Assembly: GCA_964385295.1 (NCBI GenBank)
Contig: CAYLOL010000002.1
Span: 1 to 35,496 of the forward strand
Direction: 5' to 3'
Origin: an uncultured Candidatus Peribacteria bacterium
GTDB lineage: Bacteria > Patescibacteriota > Gracilibacteria > UBA1369 > LOWO2-01-FULL-3
Length of the DNA: 35,496 bases
A program made the translations under genes and the position numbers. The first letter of the stretch is position 1. Every line of letters starts with the position of its first letter. Below, one piece after another: positions 1 to 8,218 of the stretch. The notes beneath the pieces were generated by a model, which was given only the letters and a program-made list of their open reading frames with translations, was not told the DNA's origin and did no database searches.

Positions 1-2
1 AT

Positions 3-1823
3 TTGGATTTTGAAAATAGATTCTTAAAGCCTATTGTGGAAGCCGCTGAGATAGAAAATCCTGACATGGATATTCTCTGGGCGATGGATTTTAAGGTTGA
101 ATTCAGAAATGCCGAGGGTGGCGGATTGGAGCTAACTTTTACTGGTGATGCTGAAGATGTTTGTAAGCAGTATGAGGGTGCGATTGACGTGAGGGATGGT
201 ATGGAGCAACTTGCAGTGGCTTGGGAGGAGGTTAACGAGAAGGAGAAGAAAGTTATGAAGGAGTTGGAAAAAGAAGGTTTCTTCAATGGTTTGCAAGGTA
301 AGCCATATGGTGGCTATAGGGGTGAGATTGAGAGCAAGCTTAAGGCGGATGAGACCAAATATAAAGAGATTGCTGATAATGCTAAGTTGGATTACGGAGA
401 GAGGGCTGATGTTTCCCATAAGATGGCTATTTTTGTGGACAATTCATTTAAGGCTGCTATTCGAGAGAATCTTAAGAAGGAAAATACCGGCTTAACAAAA
501 GACTATAATAACAGGGAAATACTGAGTGGCATGAAAACTTCTCTCCCTATTAGTTTTGAGGGCAGAGTGATGAAAATTGAAATTAGTGATGCTTTCATAG
601 AAGAATATAATTCAATTGAGGAATCAGTGATGACAATAGACGAGAAAGTTATTGATGCTAAATCAGGAATGTTTGGCTTTATTGGAAAAGGATTGATGCA
701 ACTTTTCAAAACCAAAATGATGTTGTCTCTGCGTTTCAGTGATGAAGAGCCTAGTACTGAGGAGAAAGACGCCATGAAAGTGACCGACGAGGACTGGGGA
801 GGAATGATAAATGGTGATCCTGAATATACGATTGTGTATTATATGTATAGCTTAATAGCTTCGGTGACTAATGGAGAAAAATATTCTTGGGCTATGGACG
901 GAGGGTGGAATGACTTTGAAGAATCCTTGCCAAAGGATGGTATTTTGGGCAAACTTACCGGTGGTCTTAGGTCGGCGGCTAGTAAGGCTGCAGGGAAACC
1001 AAGGCATTATGAAGAAAAGAATGCTGATGAATTTGTCGATCTTATTGATAATGAGGGCGGAGTCTATGTCAGTAAGCTTGTAAGGGAAGCTGCTGATCCT
1101 GGATCAAAGAGAAAAAAAGTTCCTTATAGAAATCATTTGAAAGTTACGGGGGAGATTAAGTTTGGCAAGGGTGCTACTTCTGGATTGGAGGGTTATGCAG
1201 CGCTTGAGGTTGAAGTTCCCGAAAACGGGGGAATGATACATTTTCCCAAAAAGGGCAAACCTAATAATACCTGGTCTAATGGTTCGCAATTTTCCGAATC
1301 TACTAATCGCCTTGGCAAGGGAACGTATTTCTTTGGCAAAGGGATCCTAGCTGGAACTAGTTTTCCCCCAGGGACAAGATTTAAGTTTTTGACTCAGGTA
1401 GAGTTTGACAAAAACAAACTGGCAAAGGGGGCGGATGTAGCGGACGAGGAGAGTGGAGCGGCGACACCAGACAAACTACCTACGAGAGCGGAGATGGAAG
1501 AGATTGTAAAAGAAAATCTCGGAGAAGAGTTTTTAAGTAATATAGAGGAAGCTCAGTTGGATAAAATTATAGATACTTCAATGCCGTTAATGGAAGTTTT
1601 GGTGAAGTATGAAGGAAAATTGCCTGCAGAATTTATGATAAGATTGGATAAGGCGAAAACTCTTGTAATAGCTACAGGTGGCGATAAGGCCAAGATTGAT
1701 GCAAATAAGACGGAAATTGATAAAGCATATGAATTTGCGCTGGCTACCCCTGAATTGCCGGAAGAAGTGAAGACTGCCTTCGAGGCTTTTAAAAACAGAC
1801 TTTTGGAATTGGCCAAGCAGTGA
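3..1823 (+). CDS. Hypothetical protein, 606 aa as tracked; may continue upstream of the window
   Basis: The long ORF begins at the window edge on a TTG, so the true start is unknown. It ends at TGA 1821-1823. It is acidic and Lys-rich, and I recognise no motif. No competing long ORF is present. Confidence 0.6.
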   Translation: MDFENRFLKPIVEAAEIENPDMDILWAMDFKVEFRNAEGGGLELTFTGDAEDVCKQYEGAIDVRDGMEQLAVAWEEVNEKEKKVMKELEKEGFFNGLQGKPYGGYRGEIESKLKADETKYKEIADNAKLDYGERADVSHKMAIFVDNSFKAAIRENLKKENTGLTKDYNNREILSGMKTSLPISFEGRVMKIEISDAFIEEYNSIEESVMTIDEKVIDAKSGMFGFIGKGLMQLFKTKMMLSLRFSDEEPSTEEKDAMKVTDEDWGGMINGDPEYTIVYYMYSLIASVTNGEKYSWAMDGGWNDFEESLPKDGILGKLTGGLRSAASKAAGKPRHYEEKNADEFVDLIDNEGGVYVSKLVREAADPGSKRKKVPYRNHLKVTGEIKFGKGATSGLEGYAALEVEVPENGGMIHFPKKGKPNNTWSNGSQFSESTNRLGKGTYFFGKGILAGTSFPPGTRFKFLTQVEFDKNKLAKGADVADEESGAATPDKLPTRAEMEEIVKENLGEEFLSNIEEAQLDKIIDTSMPLMEVLVKYEGKLPAEFMIRLDKAKTLVIATGGDKAKIDANKTEIDKAYEFALATPELPEEVKTAFEAFKNRLLELAKQ

Positions 1824-1898
1824 TTCTCTTGTTTCATCACAGGCCTTCCATTAGAATGCTTCTGCTTTTAGGGCAAAAGTATTATTAACAATTTAAGT

Positions 1899-2381
1899 AT
1901 GGATTTTGAAGGCGTTAAGGAAAAAACTATTGTTCTTATCAAGCCAGATGCGATACAGCGTGGATTGATGGGGCAGATTATTACTAGATTTGAGGTTAAG
2001 GGGTTGAAGCTTGTGGGGATGAAGATGATTCCACTTGATGAGGCGTTACTTCGTGAACATTATGCGCACATTGCTGACAAACCGTTTTTTGCTGATTTGG
2101 CGAAATTTATGCAAAGTACTCCCGTGATTGCTATGTGCTGGGAGGGGCTTGAGGTCGTAGATGCGGTTCGTAGAATTACTGGAATCACAAAGGCGAGACA
2201 AGCGGAGGCTGGTTCGATTCGTGGAGATTTTGCGATGAGTGTTTCTTGTAATGTGATTCATGCATCTGATGAAGTTGAGAATGCAAAGAAAGAGGTAAAG
2301 AGATTTTTCCTTGCGGATGAACTGCATGATTACAAAAAGTCAGAGTATGAGCACGTGTATGCTAATGACGAGCTAGCTTAA
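1899..2381 (+). CDS. ndk: Nucleoside diphosphate kinase
   Basis: N-terminal LIKPDAIQRGLMGQIITRFE and the active-site region NVIHASD are typical of the NDK family. The length is about 160 aa. Confidence 0.95.
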   Translation: MDFEGVKEKTIVLIKPDAIQRGLMGQIITRFEVKGLKLVGMKMIPLDEALLREHYAHIADKPFFADLAKFMQSTPVIAMCWEGLEVVDAVRRITGITKARQAEAGSIRGDFAMSVSCNVIHASDEVENAKKEVKRFFLADELHDYKKSEYEHVYANDELA

Positions 2382-2384
2382 TAT

Positions 2385-3224
2385 ATGAATGTAACTGATT
2401 TACAAAAAAAGGCGGCGCAAGTCCGCGTGGATGCTTTGAAGGCTATTCATAAAGCAGGGGCTGGGCATACTGGAAGTGCTATGTCTGTCGTAGAGATTTT
2501 AGTGAGTTTGTATTATGGAGATATCGGTGGGCGAGTTGTGGCGCAGGTGGATCCGGCGAAGCCGGGGTGGGAGGATCAGGATTATGTGGTTTTGGCGAAG
2601 GGGCAAGCTGCGGTGACGCAGTATTCTGTGCTTGCGGATTTGGGATTTATTGATAAGTCAGAGCTGGAACATTATAGGGCGAAAGGTTCGATTTTGACTG
2701 CGCGGCCAAATGTAAAAGTGCCTGGGATTTGTGCTTCAGTGCTGTCACATGGAGTTGGGCTTTCGATTGCAACTGGATTGGCGATGTCACTCAAGATGGA
2801 GCGGAAAAAGAATAGAGTTTTTTGCGTGATGGGTGATGGGGAATTGCAGGAGGGGCAGGTTTGGGAGGCGGCTGCTACGGCGGCTCATTACAAACTGAAC
2901 AATTTAGTAGCCTTTATTGATAATGATGGATTTCAGATGGATGGACCTACACGTGCGGTGCTAGACCCTGGATATATTCAGGATAAATTTGAATCGTTTG
3001 GGTGGAATGTTATTAAGGTTACGGATGGGCATGATTTTGATCAGATTTTAGAGGCAGTGAATAGGGGATATACGACAGTGCGAAGGCCAGTTTGTATTTG
3101 GTGTCAGACTGTTGCGGGCAAGGGCGTGCCTTTTGCTGAGGGGAAGAGGTGGTATCTGGACTCTGCTCTTGGAGAGGCTGAAATGAATGAAGTAATTCCT
3201 AAATTAGAACAATTGTATGACTGA
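2385..3224 (+). CDS. Transketolase, N-terminal (TPP-binding) subunit
   Basis: Contains GHTGSAMSVVEILVSLYY and the GDGELQEGQVWEAA thiamine-diphosphate-binding motif. The 279-aa length is typical of the split-transketolase N subunit. Confidence 0.9.
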   Translation: MNVTDLQKKAAQVRVDALKAIHKAGAGHTGSAMSVVEILVSLYYGDIGGRVVAQVDPAKPGWEDQDYVVLAKGQAAVTQYSVLADLGFIDKSELEHYRAKGSILTARPNVKVPGICASVLSHGVGLSIATGLAMSLKMERKKNRVFCVMGDGELQEGQVWEAAATAAHYKLNNLVAFIDNDGFQMDGPTRAVLDPGYIQDKFESFGWNVIKVTDGHDFDQILEAVNRGYTTVRRPVCIWCQTVAGKGVPFAEGKRWYLDSALGEAEMNEVIPKLEQLYD

Positions 3225-3678
3225 TAGGTTGGGTAAAATTTTGGTTGAGTCGGGCAAGAAGTACGGGAATATGGTTGTAATGGTAGCGGATTTTTCCGAG
3301 AAGCTTGGGCTGAAGGATTTTTCAATTGCTTATGGTGAGAGAATGTTCAATTTTGGTCTTGCGGAGACAAATATGGTTTCGGCAAGTGTTGGGTTTAGTG
3401 TCCGAGGGAAGATGCCGGTGATTGTTGGGTTGTCGAACTTTTTGGCTAGTCGAGGGTTGGAGCAGATTCGTAATGGTATTTGTGTGCCGAACCTTAATGT
3501 GAAAATTATTGGTGCGAATTTTGGAAATAGTGGGTATGAGGATCTTGAGGATTTGGCAATATTGAAGAATCTTCCGAATATGAAAGTGGTTCATGTGAAG
3601 GATGAAAATAAGCTGGAGAAAGAGATTGAAAAAATGTTGGGTGAGTATGGGCCGACGTATCTGAGGATTGAGGGTTGA
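3217..3678 (+). CDS. Transketolase C-terminal subunit, truncated form with the pyrimidine-binding domain only
   Basis: Overlaps the N-subunit gene by 8 nt (ATGACTGA). Contains RMFNFGLAETNMVSASVGF, matching the family pattern R-F-x-x-G-I-A-E-Q, and ends at GPTYLRIEG. At 153 aa it is about half the ~310 aa I recall for this subunit. Confidence 0.8.
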   Translation: MTDRLGKILVESGKKYGNMVVMVADFSEKLGLKDFSIAYGERMFNFGLAETNMVSASVGFSVRGKMPVIVGLSNFLASRGLEQIRNGICVPNLNVKIIGANFGNSGYEDLEDLAILKNLPNMKVVHVKDENKLEKEIEKMLGEYGPTYLRIEG

Positions 3679-3799
3679 CTTTAGTGCCTTAAAGTATTAT
3701 ATTCGCTATCCAATTAGTGTAGTCGTTTTAAACAACTGGTGTTTTGTAATGGCTCCTAGTTGGAGTTCGTTGAAAACATCATAAATAGTGAGGGGCGGT

Positions 3800-4036
3800 A
3801 TGGAAGTAAAGAAAATGGAATTTATCAGTGTAGGGCTTATTGTTCTTGGAATTCTTCAATTTTTGATCTTATTGGTTGCATCTATTGGCATGTATTGGAT
3901 GGCGGGGCCATGCTGCGATGTAGCGGCAAATGCCATCAGGGCAAGGGCGTGGGATATTTCTTGCATCTCTTTTGGGCTGATGGTGATTTTCAGTTTGCTC
4001 GGTTGCTTTATTTTTCCTTTCATGCGAGGGAAGTGA
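3800..4036 (+). CDS. Small hypothetical membrane protein (about 78 aa, two hydrophobic helices)
   Basis: ATG at 3800 is preceded by GAGGGG at 4-nt spacing. It has two hydrophobic segments (ISVGLIVLGILQFLILLVASIG and CISFGLMVIFSLLGCFIF). A terminator hairpin follows. Confidence 0.5.
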   Translation: MEVKKMEFISVGLIVLGILQFLILLVASIGMYWMAGPCCDVAANAIRARAWDISCISFGLMVIFSLLGCFIFPFMRGK

Positions 4037-4049
4037 TGTTTTTAATTTC

Positions 4050-4091
4050 GGGTGCAGCTTTTGTATAGCTGCGCCCATTCTTTTGATTTTT
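4050..4091 (+). terminator. Rho-independent terminator candidate
   Basis: GGGTGCAGCT-TTTGTAT-AGCTGCGCCC forms a 10-bp stem with one G-U pair. A T-rich tract (ATTCTTTTGATTTTT) follows. Confidence 0.55.
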
Positions 4092-4141
4092 ACTAGGATC
4101 TATTATTTGCTATACTTCTCTCCGCAATAACAAAACTAAAG

Positions 4142-5071
4142 ATGGCAAATTCAATCAAACTATTCTCCGGATCGTCTCATCCAGAATTGGCAAAAGAAGT
4201 AGCGAAGCATTTGAAGATTCCTTTATCAAAAATGCATCTTGAGCGATTTGCGTGTGGAGAGATCTATACAAAACCCGACGAGACTGTTCGTGGAGCAGAT
4301 GCTTTTGTAATTCAAACTGGCACTCAGGATTCGAGCGAGGATTTGATGGAACTATTTGTAATGCTGGATTCTTTGAAGAGGTCTTTTGCTGGGAAGTTAC
4401 ACGTTGTGATGCCGCATTATCCTTATGCGAGACAAGATAGAGTTGCGACTCCACGTGAGCCGATTACTGCAAAGCTTGTGGCGGATCTTATTTCGACTGC
4501 TGGAGCGGATCATTTGATGGGGATAAAGTTCCATAGTGATCAGGAGCAGGGGTTCTTTGATTTTCCAGTTGATAATTTGAATACTAATAAGCTTTTTGCG
4601 GATTATTTTAAGAAAAAGAAACTGAAGAATCTTGTGGTTGTTTCTCCTGATGCGGGTGGGGCGAAAGATGCTAAAAGTTTTGGGGATTTGATTGGTGCAA
4701 AATTGGCGATTATTCATAAGACACGACCAGCACATAACAAAGCTGAGGTGATGCATATGGTGGGAGATGTGAAGGGGAAGAATTGTATTATTTTCGATGA
4801 TATTGTGGATACTGGTGGAAGCGTTGGTGCCGCTGTGGATGCGCTTAAAAAGTATGGTGCGAAGGATATTTATTTTGCTGTTACACATCCCGTTCTTTCC
4901 GGGCCTGCAATAGAGAGGCTTGAAAAGGCTGGATTTAAAGAAATTGTTGTGACAAACACAATCCCAATTAAGAAAAAATTCAAGGGGCTAAAGGTTCTGT
5001 CTGTTGCTCCATTGCTTGCGCAAATTATTAAGTCTGTGCATGAGCAGAAATCAGTTACTCAGTATTTTTAA
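4142..5071 (+). CDS. prs: Ribose-phosphate pyrophosphokinase (PRPP synthetase)
   Basis: Contains the HYPYARQDR motif and the PRPP-binding loop IFDDIVDTGGS. Length is 309 aa. Confidence 0.95.
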   Translation: MANSIKLFSGSSHPELAKEVAKHLKIPLSKMHLERFACGEIYTKPDETVRGADAFVIQTGTQDSSEDLMELFVMLDSLKRSFAGKLHVVMPHYPYARQDRVATPREPITAKLVADLISTAGADHLMGIKFHSDQEQGFFDFPVDNLNTNKLFADYFKKKKLKNLVVVSPDAGGAKDAKSFGDLIGAKLAIIHKTRPAHNKAEVMHMVGDVKGKNCIIFDDIVDTGGSVGAAVDALKKYGAKDIYFAVTHPVLSGPAIERLEKAGFKEIVVTNTIPIKKKFKGLKVLSVAPLLAQIIKSVHEQKSVTQYF

Positions 5072-5083
5072 AAAAAACTATTT

Positions 5084-5545
5084 ATGTTTGAGAAAGAAAA
5101 AACGCTAATTTATTTAGGGAGTGATCATGCTGGATTTGGGATGAAAGAGATGGTGAAAAAGCAGCTTGAGGGGGATCAGTATAAAACCGTGGATCTTGGG
5201 GCCTTTAGTGAGGAGAGCGTTGATTATCCGGATTTTGCACGTGAAGTTGCCGAGAAGGTTTTGGAGACTGAGGGAGCATGGGGAGTGCTTGTGTGTGGGT
5301 CAGGGATTGGGGTTTGTATGGCTGCGAATAGATTTAAGGGGATACGTGCTGGGATGTGTAGGACTGTTGAGGATGCGGAGATGACCCGGAAGCATAACAA
5401 TGCGAATGTTTTGTGTCTTGGAGGAAGGGTAACTGATATGGAAGTTGCGAAACAGATTGTTGAGAAGTTTTTGTTGACTGAATTTGAATCTGGGGAAGAG
5501 CGACATGTGCGACGAGTGAAGAAGATGGACGAAATGGGGAAGTAA
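5084..5545 (+). CDS. rpiB: Ribose-5-phosphate isomerase B
   Basis: GSDHAGFGMK and CGSGIGVCMAANR are RpiB/LacAB family signatures. Length is 153 aa. Confidence 0.9.
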   Translation: MFEKEKTLIYLGSDHAGFGMKEMVKKQLEGDQYKTVDLGAFSEESVDYPDFAREVAEKVLETEGAWGVLVCGSGIGVCMAANRFKGIRAGMCRTVEDAEMTRKHNNANVLCLGGRVTDMEVAKQIVEKFLLTEFESGEERHVRRVKKMDEMGK

Positions 5546-5560
5546 ATTAATATTAGAATT

Positions 5561-6187
5561 ATGGAAATAAAAATTGCACCATCTATATTATCGGCAGATT
5601 TTGGGAAATTCAATGTTGAGATTGCTGAGGTTGAGCCGTATGTTGATTTGATTCATGTTGATGTGATGGATGGGCATTTTGTGCCGAATATTACTATTGG
5701 GGTGTCTGTTGTGCGGAAAATTAAATCGGAATTGCCTTTGGATGTGCATCTAATGATTGAAAATCCTGAAAATTTTGTTGAAGATTTCGCGAAAGCTGGA
5801 GCAAATATTATTACTGTGCATATTGAAGCTTGCGAGGATCCGGAGGCTGTATTGAATCAGATCCGAGATTTGGGAGTGAAGCCGAGTATTTGTTTGAAGC
5901 CGAAGACTGATGTTTCCGAGATTGAGCCTTATTTGGATATGGTGGACATGGTTCTCGTGATGACTGTGGAGCCTGGATTTGGTGGACAAAGTTTTATGGA
6001 GGACATGATGCTAAAGGTTCAGAGGTTGAGAGAATTGAAGCCAGAGCTTGATATTGAGGTTGATGGAGGCATAAAAGACCATACTGCAAAGATTGCGATA
6101 GCTGCTGGGGCGAATGTTTTAGTGGCTGGAAGTTATATTTTCGGGGCTGAAGATAGGAAAACTGCTTGCGAAAATTTGAGAGGGTGA
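5561..6187 (+). CDS. rpe: Ribulose-phosphate 3-epimerase
   Basis: Contains IAPSILSADF, HVDVMDGHFVPN, VEPGFGGQSF and VDGGI motifs. Confidence 0.95.
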   Translation: MEIKIAPSILSADFGKFNVEIAEVEPYVDLIHVDVMDGHFVPNITIGVSVVRKIKSELPLDVHLMIENPENFVEDFAKAGANIITVHIEACEDPEAVLNQIRDLGVKPSICLKPKTDVSEIEPYLDMVDMVLVMTVEPGFGGQSFMEDMMLKVQRLRELKPELDIEVDGGIKDHTAKIAIAAGANVLVAGSYIFGAEDRKTACENLRG

Positions 6188-6192
6188 TTTTT

Positions 6193-6269
6193 TGGTGCGC
6201 CCGACAGGATTCGAACCTCCGACCTCAAGCTCCGCAAGCTTGCGCTCTATCCAACTGAGCTACGGGCGC
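6193..6269 (-). tRNA. tRNA-Arg, anticodon GCG, with encoded CCA
   Basis: The reverse complement folds by hand into a cloverleaf: GCGCCCG TA GCTC AGTTGGATA GAGC G CAAGC TTGCGGA GCTTG AGGTC GGAGG TTCGAAT CCTGT CGGGCGC ACCA. The anticodon loop TTGCGGA gives G34 C35 G36. The T stem has one G-G mismatch and one G-U pair. Confidence 0.85.
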
Positions 6270-6341
6270 GTGTGAATTTGTCTTTTTTGCAGGGGAATAG
6301 TACTGAAAAGGGTTGTGGGCCGCAAGGTTAAACGGTTCTTG

Positions 6342-6369
6342 TTGACAAAACGGCTGAGCATTCTATCAT
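6342..6369 (+). promoter_or_regulatory. Sigma70-like promoter candidate
   Basis: TTGACA (6342-6347), a 16-nt spacer, then TATCAT (6364-6369). It lies upstream of the ORF starting at 6437. Confidence 0.4.
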
Positions 6370-6436
6370 GTCGCCGTCCTTCTTGTCGCATGTCGCGGTT
6401 TTGAGGCGCTTATTGAAATCCATAGGAGAGATAATC

Positions 6437-6928
6437 ATGGTAAAGATCCGTACCAAGAGGCGGAAGAGCGGGTTGTTAACTACCCAGCAATGGATGATTC
6501 TGGGAGTTTGTTTGGTGTTCATTGTGGCTGGGTTTTGGATTTATGTCGGGGGGTTGGACTCGTTTAAAACCCCTGCTAAAAATCCCGTGATGCGGGTTGA
6601 AGTGAAAACTTCTCCCGTAGAGGTGAAGCCAGCCCCACGTATCAAGCCTGGGAAGCTCAAAAAAGGTGAAATCGTGGGTATCTTGACTAAGTACTCATGT
6701 AAAAATTTTGACTTATTCTGGGATGGCGGTACGGTTGCTACGGTTGTCATAGGCGGTAAAACGTACCATGATACTGCGAAAAAGCAGGGCCGGTGTAAGT
6801 ATCTCGAGAAGAGGTGGAGGAATTTAAAGGGGAAAAAGGTTAAATTCCGTTTCGAGCTCAGGCCGAATAAAATTGGCAAAGAGCAAGTTGGGGAATACCG
6901 TGAAGTCACTTGGCTTGGCTCTCCTTGA
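6437..6928 (+). CDS. Hypothetical N-terminally membrane-anchored protein (163 aa)
   Basis: ATG at 6437 is preceded by GGAGAG at 6-nt spacing. A basic N-terminus (KIRTKRRK) is followed by one TM helix (WMILGVCLVFIVAGFWIYV) and a Lys-rich soluble domain. By hand count GC is about 48-50%, against about 40% for neighbours. Confidence 0.6.
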   Translation: MVKIRTKRRKSGLLTTQQWMILGVCLVFIVAGFWIYVGGLDSFKTPAKNPVMRVEVKTSPVEVKPAPRIKPGKLKKGEIVGILTKYSCKNFDLFWDGGTVATVVIGGKTYHDTAKKQGRCKYLEKRWRNLKGKKVKFRFELRPNKIGKEQVGEYREVTWLGSP

Positions 6929-6948
6929 TCCCTATGTATTTCAATTTC

Positions 6949-6985
6949 GCGGCCGTGCCTTTACTGGTGCGGTCGCAGATTTTTA
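6949..6985. terminator. Hairpin between convergent genes; possible terminator
   Basis: GCGGCCG...CGGTCGC forms a stem with G-U pairs. AGATTTTTA follows on the plus strand. Confidence 0.35.
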
Positions 6986-6997
6986 ATATCTATTACA

Positions 6998-7330
6998 CTA
7001 ACCCATAAAATCTCGAATCTCTTCTGGCTCGAGGTATTCTTCGAGGATTCCAAAATTGTTGTCGATGTCTTCTTCGAGTTTTGCGGCTTCGATTGCTCGG
7101 CGTTCGCTTAGTCGATCGAGTTTTTCTTCTTCTTTAACAATTTCGCGTTCGAGTTGGTCGATTTTTTTGATTCCGCCCTTGATTCGGTCGGCGTTTACTA
7201 AATATTGGACGCCTTGAAGGAATTTTTTGTGGAGGGAGAGGCCATAAAGATAATCTTCTGCTTGGTTTGCAATCTTTTCTGGATCTATCTTTTGAGCCCT
7301 GCGTTCGATTTGTCTGTGTGCTCTAACCAT
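6998..7330 (-). CDS. Hypothetical coiled-coil protein (110 aa)
   Basis: I trimmed the tracked ORF to the ATG at 7330, so it no longer overlaps the upstream gene's 3' end. The sequence is charged and heptad-like (KKIDQLEREIVKEEEKLDRLSERRAIEAAKLEE). Confidence 0.55.
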   Translation of the reverse strand: MVRAHRQIERRAQKIDPEKIANQAEDYLYGLSLHKKFLQGVQYLVNADRIKGGIKKIDQLEREIVKEEEKLDRLSERRAIEAAKLEEDIDNNFGILEEYLEPEEIRDFMG

Positions 7331-7340
7331 GATGGTGGGG

Positions 7341-8159
7341 TTAGATTTTTTTGAATATATTGAGAGTTTCTTCGTGGATTTTTCCGTTCGATACAAATAT
7401 ATCTTTTCCGAATAAATCTAGCAAATTTCCATTTGTGTCTGTGACCTTGCCGCCTGCTTCCTTAACTATCAATGCCCCTGCAGCAATGTCCCATGGAGCA
7501 AGTCCAAATTCCCAGTATCCGTCGTATTCTCCTGATGCTGTGAATGCGAGATCGAGTGATGCAGCACCAAATCTTCTAATGGCGCGTGTTTCTTTCATCA
7601 TTTTCTTGAAGTATGGGATATTTTTCGTTTGGTTTCGTGGGAATCCTGTTGCGATTACGGAATCTAATAGTTTTTTAGTTTTTGATACCTGGATTTTTTT
7701 GCCGTTGAGTTTTGCTCCTTTGCCTTTCTCTGCGGTGTATAGGCGATCTAGTTTTGGGGCGTATATTACGCCAGCTATTAGTTCTCCACTGAGGTATTCA
7801 AAATTCTTTGAACTTTTTAATGTTTCCGTTTGGAATACTCCGATTGAAACTGCAAAGAAAGGTATTCCACGTGAAAAATTCATTGTTCCATCTATTGGAT
7901 CTACGAACCATATGTATGGTGCATTTAGCACTTTTTCCATGTTTGTTTCATTCGCAAAAGTGTCTTCTTCAGCGATTATCGCGTGGTCTGGGTATTCACG
8001 TTTTATCTCTTTGATTATTAATTTTTCTACTGCTAGGTCGACGTCAGTTACAATATCTTTCCCGCCTTTCGTATGTATTGCGAAGGGTTTTTTGGATCTC
8101 TTGACGATGTATTCGCCAGCTTTTTGGGCTGTCCGTGTGGCAAAATCTGCTATCTTCAT
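7341..8159 (-). CDS. Inositol monophosphatase / FBPase-family phosphatase (SuhB-like)
   Basis: Contains IIAEEDT, WFVDPIDGTMNF and WDIAAGALIV motifs of the IMPase family. Length is 272 aa. Confidence 0.85.
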   Translation of the reverse strand: MKIADFATRTAQKAGEYIVKRSKKPFAIHTKGGKDIVTDVDLAVEKLIIKEIKREYPDHAIIAEEDTFANETNMEKVLNAPYIWFVDPIDGTMNFSRGIPFFAVSIGVFQTETLKSSKNFEYLSGELIAGVIYAPKLDRLYTAEKGKGAKLNGKKIQVSKTKKLLDSVIATGFPRNQTKNIPYFKKMMKETRAIRRFGAASLDLAFTASGEYDGYWEFGLAPWDIAAGALIVKEAGGKVTDTNGNLLDLFGKDIFVSNGKIHEETLNIFKKI

Positions 8160-8218
8160 ATTTCCTTATTAGGCATCTGCTACTTGATTATAACACATTT
8201 CGATGATACTCTTCTCTT

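Noticed and set aside
3760-4068. A 102-aa ORF lies in an alternative frame to the small membrane ORF.
   Set aside because: It has no SD or start context. The 3800-4036 frame gives coherent TM helices and has an SD.
6188-6990. I considered the tRNA-Arg as an integration site for a mobile element carrying the GC-shifted ORF.
   Set aside because: The ORF lies on the 5' side of the tRNA, not at its 3' end. There is no integrase, and I saw no direct repeat of the tRNA 3' segment.
7351-8172. A 273-aa plus-strand ORF covers the whole inositol-monophosphatase gene.
   Set aside because: It is an antisense shadow of a gene with clear family motifs. The translation is low-complexity (Ser, Phe and Pro rich) with no motif.
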